From: Geosiphon pyriformis uo1
Taxonomy: Eukaryota; Fungi; Glomeromycota
Reading direction: 5' to 3'
NCBI GenBank assembly: GCA_016748015.1
Contig: JAAOMT010000664.1
Coordinates: 70,715 to 134,714 of the forward strand
Length of the DNA stretch: 64,000 bases
Positions 51,265-64,000 of this stretch are shown one piece after another; position 1 is the stretch's first letter, and each line of letters opens with the position of its first letter. The position numbers and the translations under genes were made by a program. The notes under the pieces are model-generated. The model ran no database searches, had not been told where the DNA came from, and was given only the letters and a program-made list of their open reading frames with translations.

Positions 51265-54200
51265 TGTTACAGATAATTATTTGGGGTCTTAAGTCAAATA
51301 ACAAATCTGTAACTTGGTGTTGGGTTGGTATTCTGGTGTTGATATCTGAAGGTTTTGTTGTGGAGTTCTTTGTATAATGAACAAAAATTCAAATGTTGTT
51401 TTTTTCATAGCCTTCCAGAATTACAATTCCGTCAAATTTCTTTCTCAGTATGGTGGCTGGTAATCTTGGCAGAGATGCTCTTCTGGTAAGCTATCCTTAA
51501 ATTCTCAATTCCTATACCCTTCTTTTGGGGTCTTTTATCAGACCATCCTTAACATCAATAACTCAGCACTTAATCTTTAATCAGTTTAGTAAAACCAATG
51601 AAATGACAAAACAAAAGAAATAAAAGAAAAAATAAAGAAATAAATGAAAGCAATTACAAGTTAGTATTCCATCAATAGCTGTGATCAAGAGCTATTGTTT
51701 TCGTGTAATTAAGTATCACTTACTATCAACACTTCATGTTGATAGTGAAGAGTAGATTAAGATAGTAAATAATTATTTATTGATATTTTTGAATGGAAGG
51801 TTGCTTAGATCAAATTTAAACTGAGAGGTTTGTCTTTTCTACTTTTAATGCTATCATTATATATACATAATTTGAGTTCTATGAAATCACTCACATTCTC
51901 AAGCAATGTGCTATAATTTTTCAAGCAATGCTCACATTGCTGAACAATGTGCCATATTTTCTTGACATTGCTCCACATTGCTGAGCAATGTGCCATGATT
52001 TCTAACATTGCTCCATATTGCTGAGCAATGTGCCATACTTTCTGACATTGCTCTACATTGCTGAGCAATATGCTCACATGCTAACTACTATTCTCCTATT
52101 GGTCTACTATTTTTCTATATCTGTTTTCTTTTTCTATAAGTAACATTATCTTCTCCTTTTTAATATTGAGCTCTGTTGAAATCTTTGTTTTGAATTAATT
52201 CTAATACTTTTTTTTCAAGTATTGTTTGTTCAACTCTGTTTCTCACGTTTTCCACTTGTGTATTGTTCATTTTTTCTTATTGGTTAATGGTTATGGTTTC
52301 CATGTTAGAGTGTAACAGTATTTTTGGATAGTTTTGAAATATGTTGTGTAGTCGGTACATTATTCTAATATGTAGTGTTGAATTTGTTTTTTTTCCAATA
52401 AATTCTTCAATTTGTTGTATTATGTCTTAGTTGAATATTTTCTTGGATTTGTCGATATACAACTCCTGAATATTTAACTTCCAACCTAACTGGTAGTAAC
52501 AATATAATATTGGAAGTTGTTCTGTCTATTGCTTCTAATTTTCTTTTATAAGTTCTTCTGTTGGTACTATAATAAGTATTTTCCCAAACGTGTTCTTTAC
52601 TTTTTCTATTATGTTATCTGACCAGTTTTTATTATTTTTTGGTACTTGCTAATATGATGTGTTTTTTGTCTTTTTTTTAGTGTTTTGATAACAAATTGTT
52701 TGGTTGTTAATGATAATTTCTATGTCTAACTGTTGTTGACTTAAGGTCTGGAATAGTTGTTGAGCTATAGTGTGAATATGATCTGGTATTTTCATTTTCT
52801 TGGTTGCTTTTATCACATGTATTGTGCCTTTATATACTTTTTTGGGTTGTTCAATTTGACATGTTTGGTTCAATAACTATAATTGGTTTCAGATCTTATG
52901 GAATCTCATCTGGTTGAACTAGTATTCTTTGTACTCCTAGTTGTGGAATATTATTGGTAGATGATAATGCTATCTGGTGATATTGTTTCAGTCAATCACC
53001 ATGTGCTGCTTTGGCTAAGATTTTGTTGTCTCATCTTAATTTGTAAGCTCCATTTCCAAGAATTTCTTCAATGTGAAATGGTTCTTTCCATTTGGGATCA
53101 AATTTTCCACTCCATTGTTTTTCCACTTTAATATGATGTAGAAGTACTTTGTCTTCAATCTTGAATTCAACTGGTTTGTCTGGTAGTTGGTTATCATGTC
53201 TTTTTTTTTGTTTCTCTTGTAACTTTTGTATGTTGTCAGCTGCTTTTTGTCATCTGTTTTCTAGTGTTTCTATTAAGTCATATGTTCTTTTCAACAATGT
53301 TTCTTGAAAATTATCTTCTGTTATTGGTTTAGTTGGATATGTATTGATCTCTATCTTAACTGGTAATGTTGTTGTTCTACCGTATACTAGTTTAAATGAT
53401 GTTGCTTGTGTGGTATCTTGCTTTATTGTCCAATAAGCAAATAATACTGATGGTATAAACAAATTTCATTCATCTTGGTTTTTTTGACTGATTTTGGTGA
53501 TTACTTCACACAATGTTCTATTAAATTTTTCAACTAGTCCATTGGTTTGTGGATAATATGGCAATGATAATAGTCTTTTAATTCCAAATCTTTGACTTAA
53601 TTTTGCCAGTATTCTGTTCACAAAGTAAGTTCCTTAATCTGATAATAGTTCTTTTGGACATCCATGTTGACAAATCAAATCTTGATGAACAAATTTGGCA
53701 ACGAATTCTGCATCTGCTCTTTGAATAGCTTTTGCTTCTGGCCATTTAGTGAGATAGTCCATGGCTATTGTAATATATTTGTTGTCTCTGCTAGTGATTA
53801 TTAATGGTCTGACTAAGTCAATTCCAATACGATCAAATGGTTGTCTCACTTTGATTGGTCTTAATGATTCACTTGGTCTTGCTTTTCCTCTTTTCTGACA
53901 AACATTACAATTTTGCACGTATTGGATGATGTCTGAATACATTGATGGCCAATAGTATTTTTTTCTGGTTCTTTCTATGGTTGTTTCTTTGTGAAAATGC
54001 CCTGTTGTTGGGTCTGAATGCATATTGAATAATATTGTCTCTTTCTCTGGTTTTGTGATTACTCTGGTTGGTTGATCTGGATTTCTCTTGTTTTTTTGGT
54101 AAAGTATATTTTGATGGTTGATAAAATATTTGGATTGTTGTTTTATGTCTTTTTGTTCTTTTTGAGATAATTTCTCTTTGAACAATTGAGTCTTTATATA

Positions 54201-57200
54201 ATATTGTAGTTGTTGGTATTTTTGTATATTCATTTTTTGTTATATTTTTGGGTTGGAATGTTTTTAGATTTGTCTTATTCATGACAATCTATCAGCATTT
54301 CTATTATCTTTTCCCTTTTTATAATGTACTGTATAGTTAAATGGTAAAATTCTATTTTCTATCTAACATAACAATTGTCTGCAAATTCTTGTTTCTGAAT
54401 TGAAGTCAGTCCCTTGTGATCCGTACATATTTTAAACTTTTGGCTCAAGTATTCTCTTCATTTCATGACTGCCCAATAGATTGCTAAGTGTTCCAATGCT
54501 GGAGTTTTATAGTTTTTTTCCGCTGGACTTAAGCTTCTACTGACATAAGCTACTGGATGTTTTCTTCTATCTGGTTTTTTCTGCAATAGTACTGCTCCCA
54601 ATGCTTGACCTAATGCATCTGTAATGATGATAAATGGTTTGCTGTGGTCTGGATACATCAACACTAGAGCTTGAATAAGCTTTCTTTTCAATGTGTCAAA
54701 TGCTTTTTGTTGAGCTTCAGTCCATTCATACTTTACATTCTTAGTTTGTAGCTGGTGAAGTGGCTGAGCTAGTTTGGAAAAGTCCTTGATGAAGTGGCAA
54801 TAATAGCCTGCAAATCCCAAAAATGCCCTTAGTTCTGGCAAGTTTGTTGATACTGAAAAGTTTTTTACTATTGCAATCTTATTTGGATCTGTTTTAATAT
54901 CATTTTTGCTTACAACATGTTCCAAAAACTTGAATTCAGTTTTTCTAAAAAAACACTTTGTTGTATTTAGTTTTAATCTGGCTCTTCTTAGTCTTTCAAA
55001 CACCTGCTGGAGGTGATGCAGATGATCATCAAATGTTTTTGAGAATACATTGGTGTTGTCTAAGTATATGACTGCTGATTTCCATAGTAGTTCAGTATAT
55101 ACAATTTCCATGAATCATTGGAATGTTGCTAGAGCATTCATCAAGTCAAATGGCATGACTTCAAATTCGAAATTCTCTTCTCTTGTTGTAAATACAGTCT
55201 TTTTTTTGTTAGCTGGATCCATGGCTACTTGCCAGTAGCCATTATCTAGATTCAGTGTCGAGAACCATTTGTTTCCTCCAAAAGCATTGAATAGTTCTTG
55301 GATCTTTGGAGTTGGGTAGCTGTCTCTTTTGGTTATTCTATTCAATTTCTGGTAATCTACACAAAAGTGAATTTTTCCATTCTTCTTCCAGACTAGTATC
55401 ACTGGTGATGACTATGGACTCATTGATGGCTGAATTAGCCCATTGTCAAGCATCCAATTGATTTCTTAATGAATAATCTCATGGCTAGCTGGTGGTACTC
55501 TGTATGCTTTTTGTTTAATTGGCATTGCATCTTCAGTTTTGATCTGATGCTAGATAATATTGGTGCAGACAAATTTATTTTCACTAGCAAAGATGTCATT
55601 AAAGTTGCTGAGTAACATTTTTAGTTGCATCTGTTGGAGTGGGTCTAGATTTTCCATGTTTATCTGTTCCAATTGTTTTGGTTGGAGCAGATAACATTCA
55701 CTTTGTCCATAGATGGTTTGTGATGTGATGTCCACATATCCACACAGTTGTGGAAAATCTGAAATGTGGTTTGGTAGTTGATTCTCAACTTCAGTGGTTA
55801 AATATCCAATAATAGTTTCTTTTGGTATTTTAATAACGTTTTCAGTTGTGTTGTGGATGGGAATCATAATATTTTTGGAGCTGTTGGCTGAGATGTAGAA
55901 TTTGGTGAGTCCAATCTCTCCTGATTCACAAATGGTGGCTTCTGCTTCAAACAATTAAGCTTGATCCTTCACTTCTCTTTTTATGGCTAACATATATTGG
56001 TCATATGGTGGAATGGAAATTGCTTGATGGGTTGAGATAATTTCTCTTTTGTCAACAATTTTTTCCTCTGTCATATTGATTGGTATACCTATTCTACCCA
56101 TTAATCCAAATCCTTGTATCCCTCTAGCTGTAATCTTTAATTCCTTCCTGTTTCCCATTGACACTAATTGAGCTATTTTTACTAGAGGTAAAAATATTGC
56201 CTGTGCTATCTTTTTGTTTGAATCTATGGTATATGCCTTTTCTGAATTATTTTGTAGTATAACAATGATATTTTCTACGTATTCTGCATCAATTATTCCT
56301 CTTCTAATGTTAATTCCCTTTTTCGCTAAACTACTCCTGGATGTTAGTTAAACTATTGTTGTTGCTAGAATTTCCAGTGGTATTTTCAGATCGATGTAAG
56401 TGCGTAAATGTGGTTCCAATTTGATGGGATTTTTCCTTGGATATCTCAGATCAAACCCTGTATTGGTATCATGTACGCATTCTGGCATAATATCTTCATC
56501 ATTATCGCTGAACCATTTTAGTTCCTGCTCCTTGGTGAGGTCAGAGAACACGATATATTGTTCATAGTTTAAATTGGAGTTTGAATCTAAGTTGGAATTG
56601 TTGTCATTGTTATTGTCATTTTGAATAGAGCTAAAACCATTATTTTTGTCATCATTGTTGTTGGAGTCTGAATTGGAATTGGAAACTGATTCTAATTCTG
56701 ATGCACAGCTGCTGATTGGTTCTTCTTCCTCTAAGATTGTGTAGATCATGCATGGTGATAGATTGTAAATGAAGTTATACTTATTACAATATTGGAAGTC
56801 ACAGGGAATTAAGCAATAGTCACATAGTTGAGTATTGATTTCTTCCAACTATTGCTCTTGTTCCTCTTTAGTGGGTGCTAATTTCTGGTAGTGTTTATGA
56901 AATTGTTCTGGATCTAGTAGATTTATGACTGGTTCTGGATCCCAGTCAAGTTTTATGGGTTCAGGTAGGTTGTTTTTGATTGTTTTTATTTCTTCTGGGA
57001 TCACTTTTTTGATTTTGGTGAGTGCTATTCACCAGATTTTGTCATCATCATGTGGACATCCATTCAGATATTTGACAGTTTATCTTCAAACAGCATCTAT
57101 GAGCATTCCTTTTCTTACCTAGTTGCTTATAAGAATCATGTATTAACACGATTTGTTGCACATTTCTCCTTATCCAGAAATGTTGTTCCACATTTCTTTG

Positions 57201-59367
57201 TCCAGAAGAGTTTTTCTACAAGCCAAGCATGATTCATTGTTCCATTTCTCTTTTCATTTTGGACATCCAAAGTGTTTTATAATGCATGTGTGGCAATAGA
57301 ATTTGGTTACTGTTGAGTATTTCTCATCATTGCCACAACATGCACTCATTGATGACAATTTCTTGTTGTAATTAATGCATATGAGTTTTGGATGATGATA
57401 GCTTGATTGTAGTATTGTGTACATATATGTAGAGTGAATAGAGGTTGGTATGAAATTTTTTTTTTTTTTTTTTTTTTCTTTTATTTTATTCTCTTCCCAT
57501 TTCCAGGTTGTTGATAATTCGTTCTGATCATTGTGGGTTTTCCAGTTTTGGTCAGCATTCTAGGTAAGTTCTTTTCTTTTCTTTCTTTTCCTGTTATTGT
57601 CATCACACAAAAGTACTAGCAGCAGTTTGTTGTGTTCTTCGCCAGCCCAGAATACTTGATAAGCTTCTCAGATAGGTTTTTTTTTCTTCTTTAAACTCTA
57701 TAAATGGTGCTGTCGAGTTGGTGGTTATGAAATGGCCACACGTGGCTGTTACATGTGTGTGTTGTCCGTTCTGGCTGATTTGAAGCTTCTGCGTATTCCA
57801 ATTAAGTAATGTGTTGGTTTTAGATAGCCAATCATTACCAACAAGTGCTTGGTATTAGGTGGCTTCTATGACTAATACTTTGATTGGTATGATGATGTCA
57901 TTGACTTCTATAGGGAAGTCATCAATCTCACCAATGGGAGTTTTGGTTGCTCCATTGGCGGTTATGATTCTGGCGCTGGCAGTGCAATCAACTCGGTGAC
58001 CTAATTGGTTCATGAGTTGTTTTGTAATAATGCTGCCAGCTGATTCACTATCTAGGATCAGTTTGATGGAATGGCCATCAACTTTGGCATTAGTGTACAT
58101 AGCGATAATTGGTTTGGTGTCAAGAGTGACTCCACTGAATAATGGGACTGGTGTAGTTTCTTCAAGTTCAAATGGAAAGATTGCTGCTAGTGATTTGTTA
58201 TTGGTGACAGTGGCTGGAGGTATGTTGTTAGTAAGTGATTGTTTTTGGTTGGTTTTTAGATTATTGGGTGGGACGTCTTCTGGGGTAACTAGGAGACTTA
58301 AATAGTTCTGAGAATTCGGGTTTTGGGCATACTTGGTGTCTGAATTCTATGGTCAAAATTCTGATAATTGTGCCATGAAACTGGGGATCAGTTGATGGAC
58401 TACCATTAATGATCTCTAGCTTTGCTGTGTTAATCTTGGTCTTTGAGTTCTGTTTTGAGGTAAGTTCTGTAGTGGTGTTTGATATTGTTGGGGCAAATAA
58501 TTTACCTGAAACTGCGGCTGATAATTGGGTTGGGACTGTGGTTGATAAATTGCTGCTGGAGGCTGATAGACTGGAGGTGAGTATAATTGCTGTATTATTG
58601 GTGTTTGATATATCGGCTGCATCATAAGTAGGTAATCTTGTTGATATAGAGCTAAGTTTGATTGATTACTAATGTAATTCTAAGTTTGTAGTCGGCAATC
58701 GGAGTTTTGATACTGATTAACTAATCTCTGGTCGCTTATTTTTTTTTGACATTCAAATTGCAAATGTTCTTGTTTACCACAATCATGGCAAATACACATT
58801 TCCTACTGCCACTGTTGATTGGTCAAAAATGTTGGACACAACTGATTCTGAAAACGATCTGTGTTTCTGGAATTATTGTGTCATTGTGGTGGTTGATATA
58901 TTGTGCAATTGTCAGCTAAGTATCCTTCCAATTTCTGATTAATTGAATCACTGAATTGTTTCAATTTGGAATCCAATTCAGATGATCCATTTATGACCAG
59001 ATTTACAGCTTGAGCATAATTGGCTTCTAATTCAGCTGCTTCAAAATCTCGTGCATTAGTAACTGCGTCCTGGAGAGTTTGTGAGTGTATTAGATGTACA
59101 CATTGGAGGATACTACTGCACAACCCATGGATGAACTGGTTTAAAATTTGTGGTGCTGTAAAATAGTCAGCTTGGATCACTTGAATTTGGTGTAGGTTCC
59201 TGTAGAATTGTCCCAAGTAAGTGGTAATTGCTTTAATTTCTCCTTGTTTGATTGTGGTGAAGATGTTGGCTAACTTGTTGATGCTATTATTGTTACTAAA
59301 GTACCTCAAAAATTTGGTTTTGAATTCATTAAAATTTTGGGGTTTGATGGTGAGGCTTTAGTACCAT
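51265..59367 (-). mobile_element. Ty3/gypsy element D (3' LTR 51265-52145, ORF3 52160-52795, IN, RH, RT, dUTPase ~56090-56520, Cys-rich, PR, part of gag); interrupted in gag by E
   Basis: ORFs 53634-54233 (IN HHCC), 54458-55111 (RT/RH), 56348-56848 (DTGFDLRY), 57855-58100 (LILDSESAGS), 58881-59309 (capsid). Confidence 0.93.
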
Positions 59368-62300
59368 TGTTACAGATGACTATTTCTGGTGTTGGATTAA
59401 ATAACAAACCCATAACTTGGTGTTCAAATCTAGTTGCAGTTGATAGTAATCTGAAGGTTTGTGTCTAAAAGGTTTGTATCTAAAGGGTTTGGTTGAGTTC
59501 TTTGTATAATGAACAGAGATTCAATGGTAATAGTTTTATCTATAGTTTCCTGAAACTGCAGTTTCATCAATTTCTTTCTCAGCTTAATGGCCAGTATTTC
59601 TTCTGATAAGTTATTCTCAATCAAGTGTTCTACTCTTATTTCTGGGTCTTTTACCAGTCACGTTTATCCTGATGTCAGTACTCTGCACGTTAATTCTCAA
59701 TAGAGTTAGTAAACAACAATAAAATCAAAGCAAAAAATAAAGAAAAGAAAAGAAAATAAAGAAAGAAAAGAAATAAGCCAAGGTGATTTGCAAGTTAGTA
59801 TTCCATCAATAGCCATAATCAAGAGCTATTGTTCCAGTGTGGTTAAGTATTAATTACTATCAACATAAAGTGTTGATAGTGGCAGTGGATTTGAGATAAC
59901 AAACAGTTATTTATTTGTGATTTGGAAAGTTGTCTAGATGAAATCTAAACTGAGAAGTCTGTCTTTTTAGCTTTTAATCCTACTGCTATATATACATAAT
60001 TGAGATTCCTCAATTCCTCAATTCTTTACAACAGGAATCCTGCGATTCCTTGTGAAAATCCTGTAATTCTTGGAATCTTGTAATTCCTAAGAGGAATCCT
60101 GGAATTACACATTTTACTATGTCTACTTCTGATTGATTAATAACTATGCTAATATATATTCCCTATATTTCTATAAGTAACATTATTCCCTTCTTTTAAT
60201 ATTGAGCTCTATCAAAATCTAACTCTGTTAATTCCCTTTCTTGAAGTATTTCCTGAATTTCATTTTCGAGAATTACTTGTGTTATTTGAGTTTGTAATTC
60301 TTCAAATTAAGCATTGGTGATCTTTTCTAATTGATTACTAGTAACCATATCCATTGCTTTGTTGAGTAAAATTTCTGGTCAATCTTAAAATGCTATGTGT
60401 ATTCAGTATATGACTCAGGCCTATGTAGATAAGTTGTTCTTTTCCACAAAATGTTCTAATTGTTGTAGTATTCTTGTGTCAAATAATCACTTTGTTTTAT
60501 CCGTATATAGATTCTGGATATTTACGTGTTGTCCCAAGTAAAAATAACAATAGTTTCTTGGAAATTGTTGTATCCACCAATTCCAAGTTTCTTTAGTTAA
60601 CTCTTGGTATAGTGACTCTTTTGTCAACTTTTTTATTGCTAATTTTACTTTTGTAATGATTTTGTCAACAGTATTTTCTGTTTTCTTCTGTGTTCTATGT
60701 GGCAATGTCTTTCTAGTGTCTTGATATTGGATGATTTGTTGATTAATTGTAATTTTCATCTTTTGGTGTTGAATCAATTAAAAGAGTTGTTGTGCTAGTG
60801 AGTAGATATTATCTATAATTTTCATTTTTCTGATATTTTTTGTCACGTCTACCATGTCTTTATATATTCTTTTGATAGATTAATTTAATGTGTTGTTGTC
60901 AATGATGATGATTGGTTCCAGATCTTGTGGAATCTTCTCTGGTTGGACTAGTATCTTCTGTACTCCTAATTGTGGAATATTACTGGTGGATGGTGGTGTG
61001 ATATTGTAATATGGTTTTAGTCGATCTCTATGTGCTGCTTTGGTTAAGATTTTGTTATCTAGTCTTAATTTGTAAGCTCCATTCCCTAGAATTTCTTTTA
61101 TGTGAAATGGTCCATCCCATTTGGGGTCAAATTTTCCACTCCATTGTTTTTCTACTTTGGTATGATATAAGAGTACTTTGTCTTCAATCTTGAATTCAAC
61201 TGGTTTGTCTGGTAGTTGATTATCATGTCTTTTTTTCTGTTTCTTTTGTGACTTTTGTATGTTATTAGCTGCTCTTTTTCATTTGTTTTCTAATGTTTCT
61301 ATTAAGTTATATGTTCTTCTTAACAATGTTTCTTGGAAATTTTTTTCTGTTATTGGTTCAGTTGGATATGTGTTAACCTCTATCTCAACTGGTAATATTG
61401 CTGTTCTACCATATATTAATTCAAATAGTGTTGCTTGTGTGGTGTCTTGCTTTATTGTCCAATAAGCAAATAATACTGATAATATGAACAAATCCCATTC
61501 ATCCTGGTTTTTTTGGCTGAGTTTTACTATTGCTTCACACAATGTTCTATTAAATCTTTCAACTAATCCATTGGTTTGTGGATAGTATGGTGATGATAGT
61601 GGTCTCTTAATTCCGAATCTTTGGCTTAGTTCTGCTAATGTTCTATTCACAAAATGGGTTCCTTGGTCTAATAATAGTTCTTTTAGATATCCATGTTGAC
61701 AAATTAGATCTTGATGGACAAATTTGGCAACAGATTTTGCATCCGTTCTTTGAATTGCTTTGGCTTTTGGCCATTTAATAAGATAGTTTATGACTACTGC
61801 AATATATCTGTTGCTTCTACTGGTAATTGTCAATGATCTAACTAAATTGATTCCAATACGGTCAAATGGTTGTTCCACTTTGATTGGTCTCAATGGTTTG
61901 CTGGGTTTTGTTCCTCCTCTTCTTTGACAAGAATTACAATTTTGCACATATTAGATGATGTCTGGATACATTGATGGCCAATAGTATCTCTTTCTGGTTC
62001 TTTCTATGATTGCTTCTTTATGAAAATGTCCTGCAGTTAGATTTGAGTGCATGTTGAACAGTATTGTCTCTTTTTCTGGTTCTGTAATTACTCTGGTTGG
62101 TTGATCTGAATCTTTTCTATTTTTTTGATAAAGTATATTTTGGTGAGTGATAAAATATTTGGATTGTTGTTTGATCCTCTTTTGTTCTGGTTGAGATAAT
62201 TTCTCCTTGAACTGTTAAGTATCTATATAATGTTGAAGTTGTTGATATTTTTGTGTGTTTATCTTTTGTTATATTTTCATGAGTATTGTTTTGGTTTTGT

Positions 62301-64000
62301 TATATTTTTGGGTTAAAATGTTCTTAGATTTGTCTTATTCATGACAAACTGTTGGCATTTCCGTTGTCTTTTTCTTTTTTATAATGTATGGTATAAGTAT
62401 ATGATGACAGTGCCATTTTCCACTTTGCCTGTCTTCTGTCCCCAAATTCCTGTTTATAAAGTGATGTCAATCCTTTGTGGTCAGTATACACGTCGAATTT
62501 CTGACTTAAGTATTTGGCCCATTTCATAACTGCCCAATATATTGTTAAGTGTTCTAGTTTTAGAGTTCTATAATTCTTTTTGGCTGGTGTTAGACCTCTG
62601 CTGGCATAAGCTACTGGATGCTCTTTCCTATCTGATCCTCTCTGAGATAGTACAGTTCCCAATGCTTAACCTAATGCATCAGTAGTGATGATAAATGGCT
62701 TGTTGTGATCTGAATAGATCAATACTGGAGCTTGAATTAGCTTTCTTCTTAGGATGTCAAAAGCTTCTTGTCAGGTTTCAGTTCATTCATATTTTGTATT
62801 TTTGGCTTGGAGATAGTTGAGTGGCTGAGCTATTTTGGAAAAGTTTTTTATAAAGCATTGATAATAGCTTGTGAAGCCTAAGAATGATTGTAACTCTGTC
62901 AAGTTGGTTGGTACTGGAAATTTTTTTACTATCTCTATCTTCTCTAGATCTGTCTTGATGTCATCTTTGCTGACTATATGTCCCAAGAATTTTAGCTCTG
63001 TCTTGCCAAAAAAACATTTGGTGGTATTTAATTTTAGCTCTGCTTGTTGTAGTCTTTCAAACACTTGTTGAAAATGATGAAGATAATTATTAAATGTCTT
63101 TAAAAATACATTGGTGTCATCCAAGTAAACTACTACTGATTTCCACAATAAACCAGTGTACACAATTTCCATTAGCCATTGAAATATGGCTGGAGCATTG
63201 GTTAAGCCGAATGGCATAATTTCAAACTTAAAGTTCCCTTCTCTGATGGTAAATGCTGTTTTTTTTTTGTCGGCTGGATCCATGGCTACTTGTCAGTAAT
63301 TACTATCTAGATCTAGTGTTGAGAACCATTTATTTCTTTCAAAAGCATTGAATAGCTCTTGGATCCATGGAATTGAGTAGCTGTCTCCATGAGTAACTCT
63401 GTTGAGTTTTCTATAATCCACACAAAAGCAAATTTTTCCATTCTTCTTTTGGACAAGTACCACTGGTGATAATCATAGGCTCATTAATGGCTGGATTAAT
63501 TCATTGTCAAGCATTTGATTGATTTCTTGACAAATGATTTTATGGCTGGCAGGTAAAACTCTGTATGCTCGCTGTTTAATTGACATTGCATTTCCAGTCT
63601 TAATTTGATGTTAGATGATGTCAGTTCTGCCAAATTTGTTTTCACTGGCAAAGATGTCATTGAAATTGTTGAGTAACATCTTGAGCTGCATATGTTGTAG
63701 TGGGTCTAGATTTCCCATGTTTATTTGTTTCAATTGTTCTGGTTGGAGTAAATAACATTTATCTTGTCTGTAGATTGTTTGTGATGTAATGTCAACATAT
63801 TCACAAAGTTGTAGAAAGTCTGGAATGGGGTTTGGTGGTTGGTTTTCTATTGCTGTGGTTAAATATCTAATGGTGGTTCTTTCTGGTATCTCAATGACAT
63901 TTCCAGTGTTGTTGTAGATGGAAATTTTTATGTGGCTATAGTTTTTGGCTGGTATATGGAAATTGATTAGTCCAATCTCTCCTGATTCACAAAGGCTTGC
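59368..64000 (-). mobile_element. Ty3/gypsy element E, 3' part (3' LTR 59368-60182, ORF3 60196-60825, IN, RH, RT); continues beyond the window
   Basis: RT with intact YLDD (62783-63283), RH 62339-62662, IN 61279-61947, PPT AAAAGAAGGGAATAA. Confidence 0.93.

Noticed and set aside
59690-59800. TACTAAC branch-point-like motifs and T-tract in U5 suggesting an LTR intron
   Set aside because: no convincing conserved 5' donor found upstream

Overview
AT-rich eukaryotic (fungal) genomic DNA. The intron sizes, AT richness and repeat families suggest Glomeromycotina, possibly Geosiphon; this is inference from memory, not a search. A small host-gene island (about 9.5-22.5 kb) holds a 4-exon Mpv17/PMP22-family gene (+) and a 4-exon SRF/Mcm1 MADS-box gene (-), with very AT-rich tracts inside and beside it. 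Two nested retroelement clusters flank it. Left cluster: an RT-RNaseH LINE (5430-8918) interrupted by Ty3/gypsy element X (<1-5429, -), whose protease is in turn interrupted by a solo LTR (1084-1949). Right cluster: an ORF1-only (HAL1-like) LINE derivative that shares the LINE's 3' tail (25780-27320 plus 46774-47167). It is interrupted by full-length element B (27321-46773, -), whose 3' LTR holds full-length element A (28091-37575, +). It is interrupted again by a Russian-doll series C>D>E (47168->64000, -). Pieced together from the copies, these Ty3/gypsy elements have an unusual layout: long Gag, PR, Cys-rich domain, dUTPase, dUTPase-like remnant, RT, RH, IN (no chromodomain) and a conserved 210-240-codon ORF3 in the env position. 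They also have a tRNA-Ile(UAU)-like PBS, 4-bp target sites fitting NCAY, swappable palindromic U3 repeat cassettes and a conserved U5 hairpin with a palindromic TGATCA loop. All TE copies are eroded by C>T/G>A transitions. There are two assembly gaps, one flanked by an artefactual 259-bp duplication.
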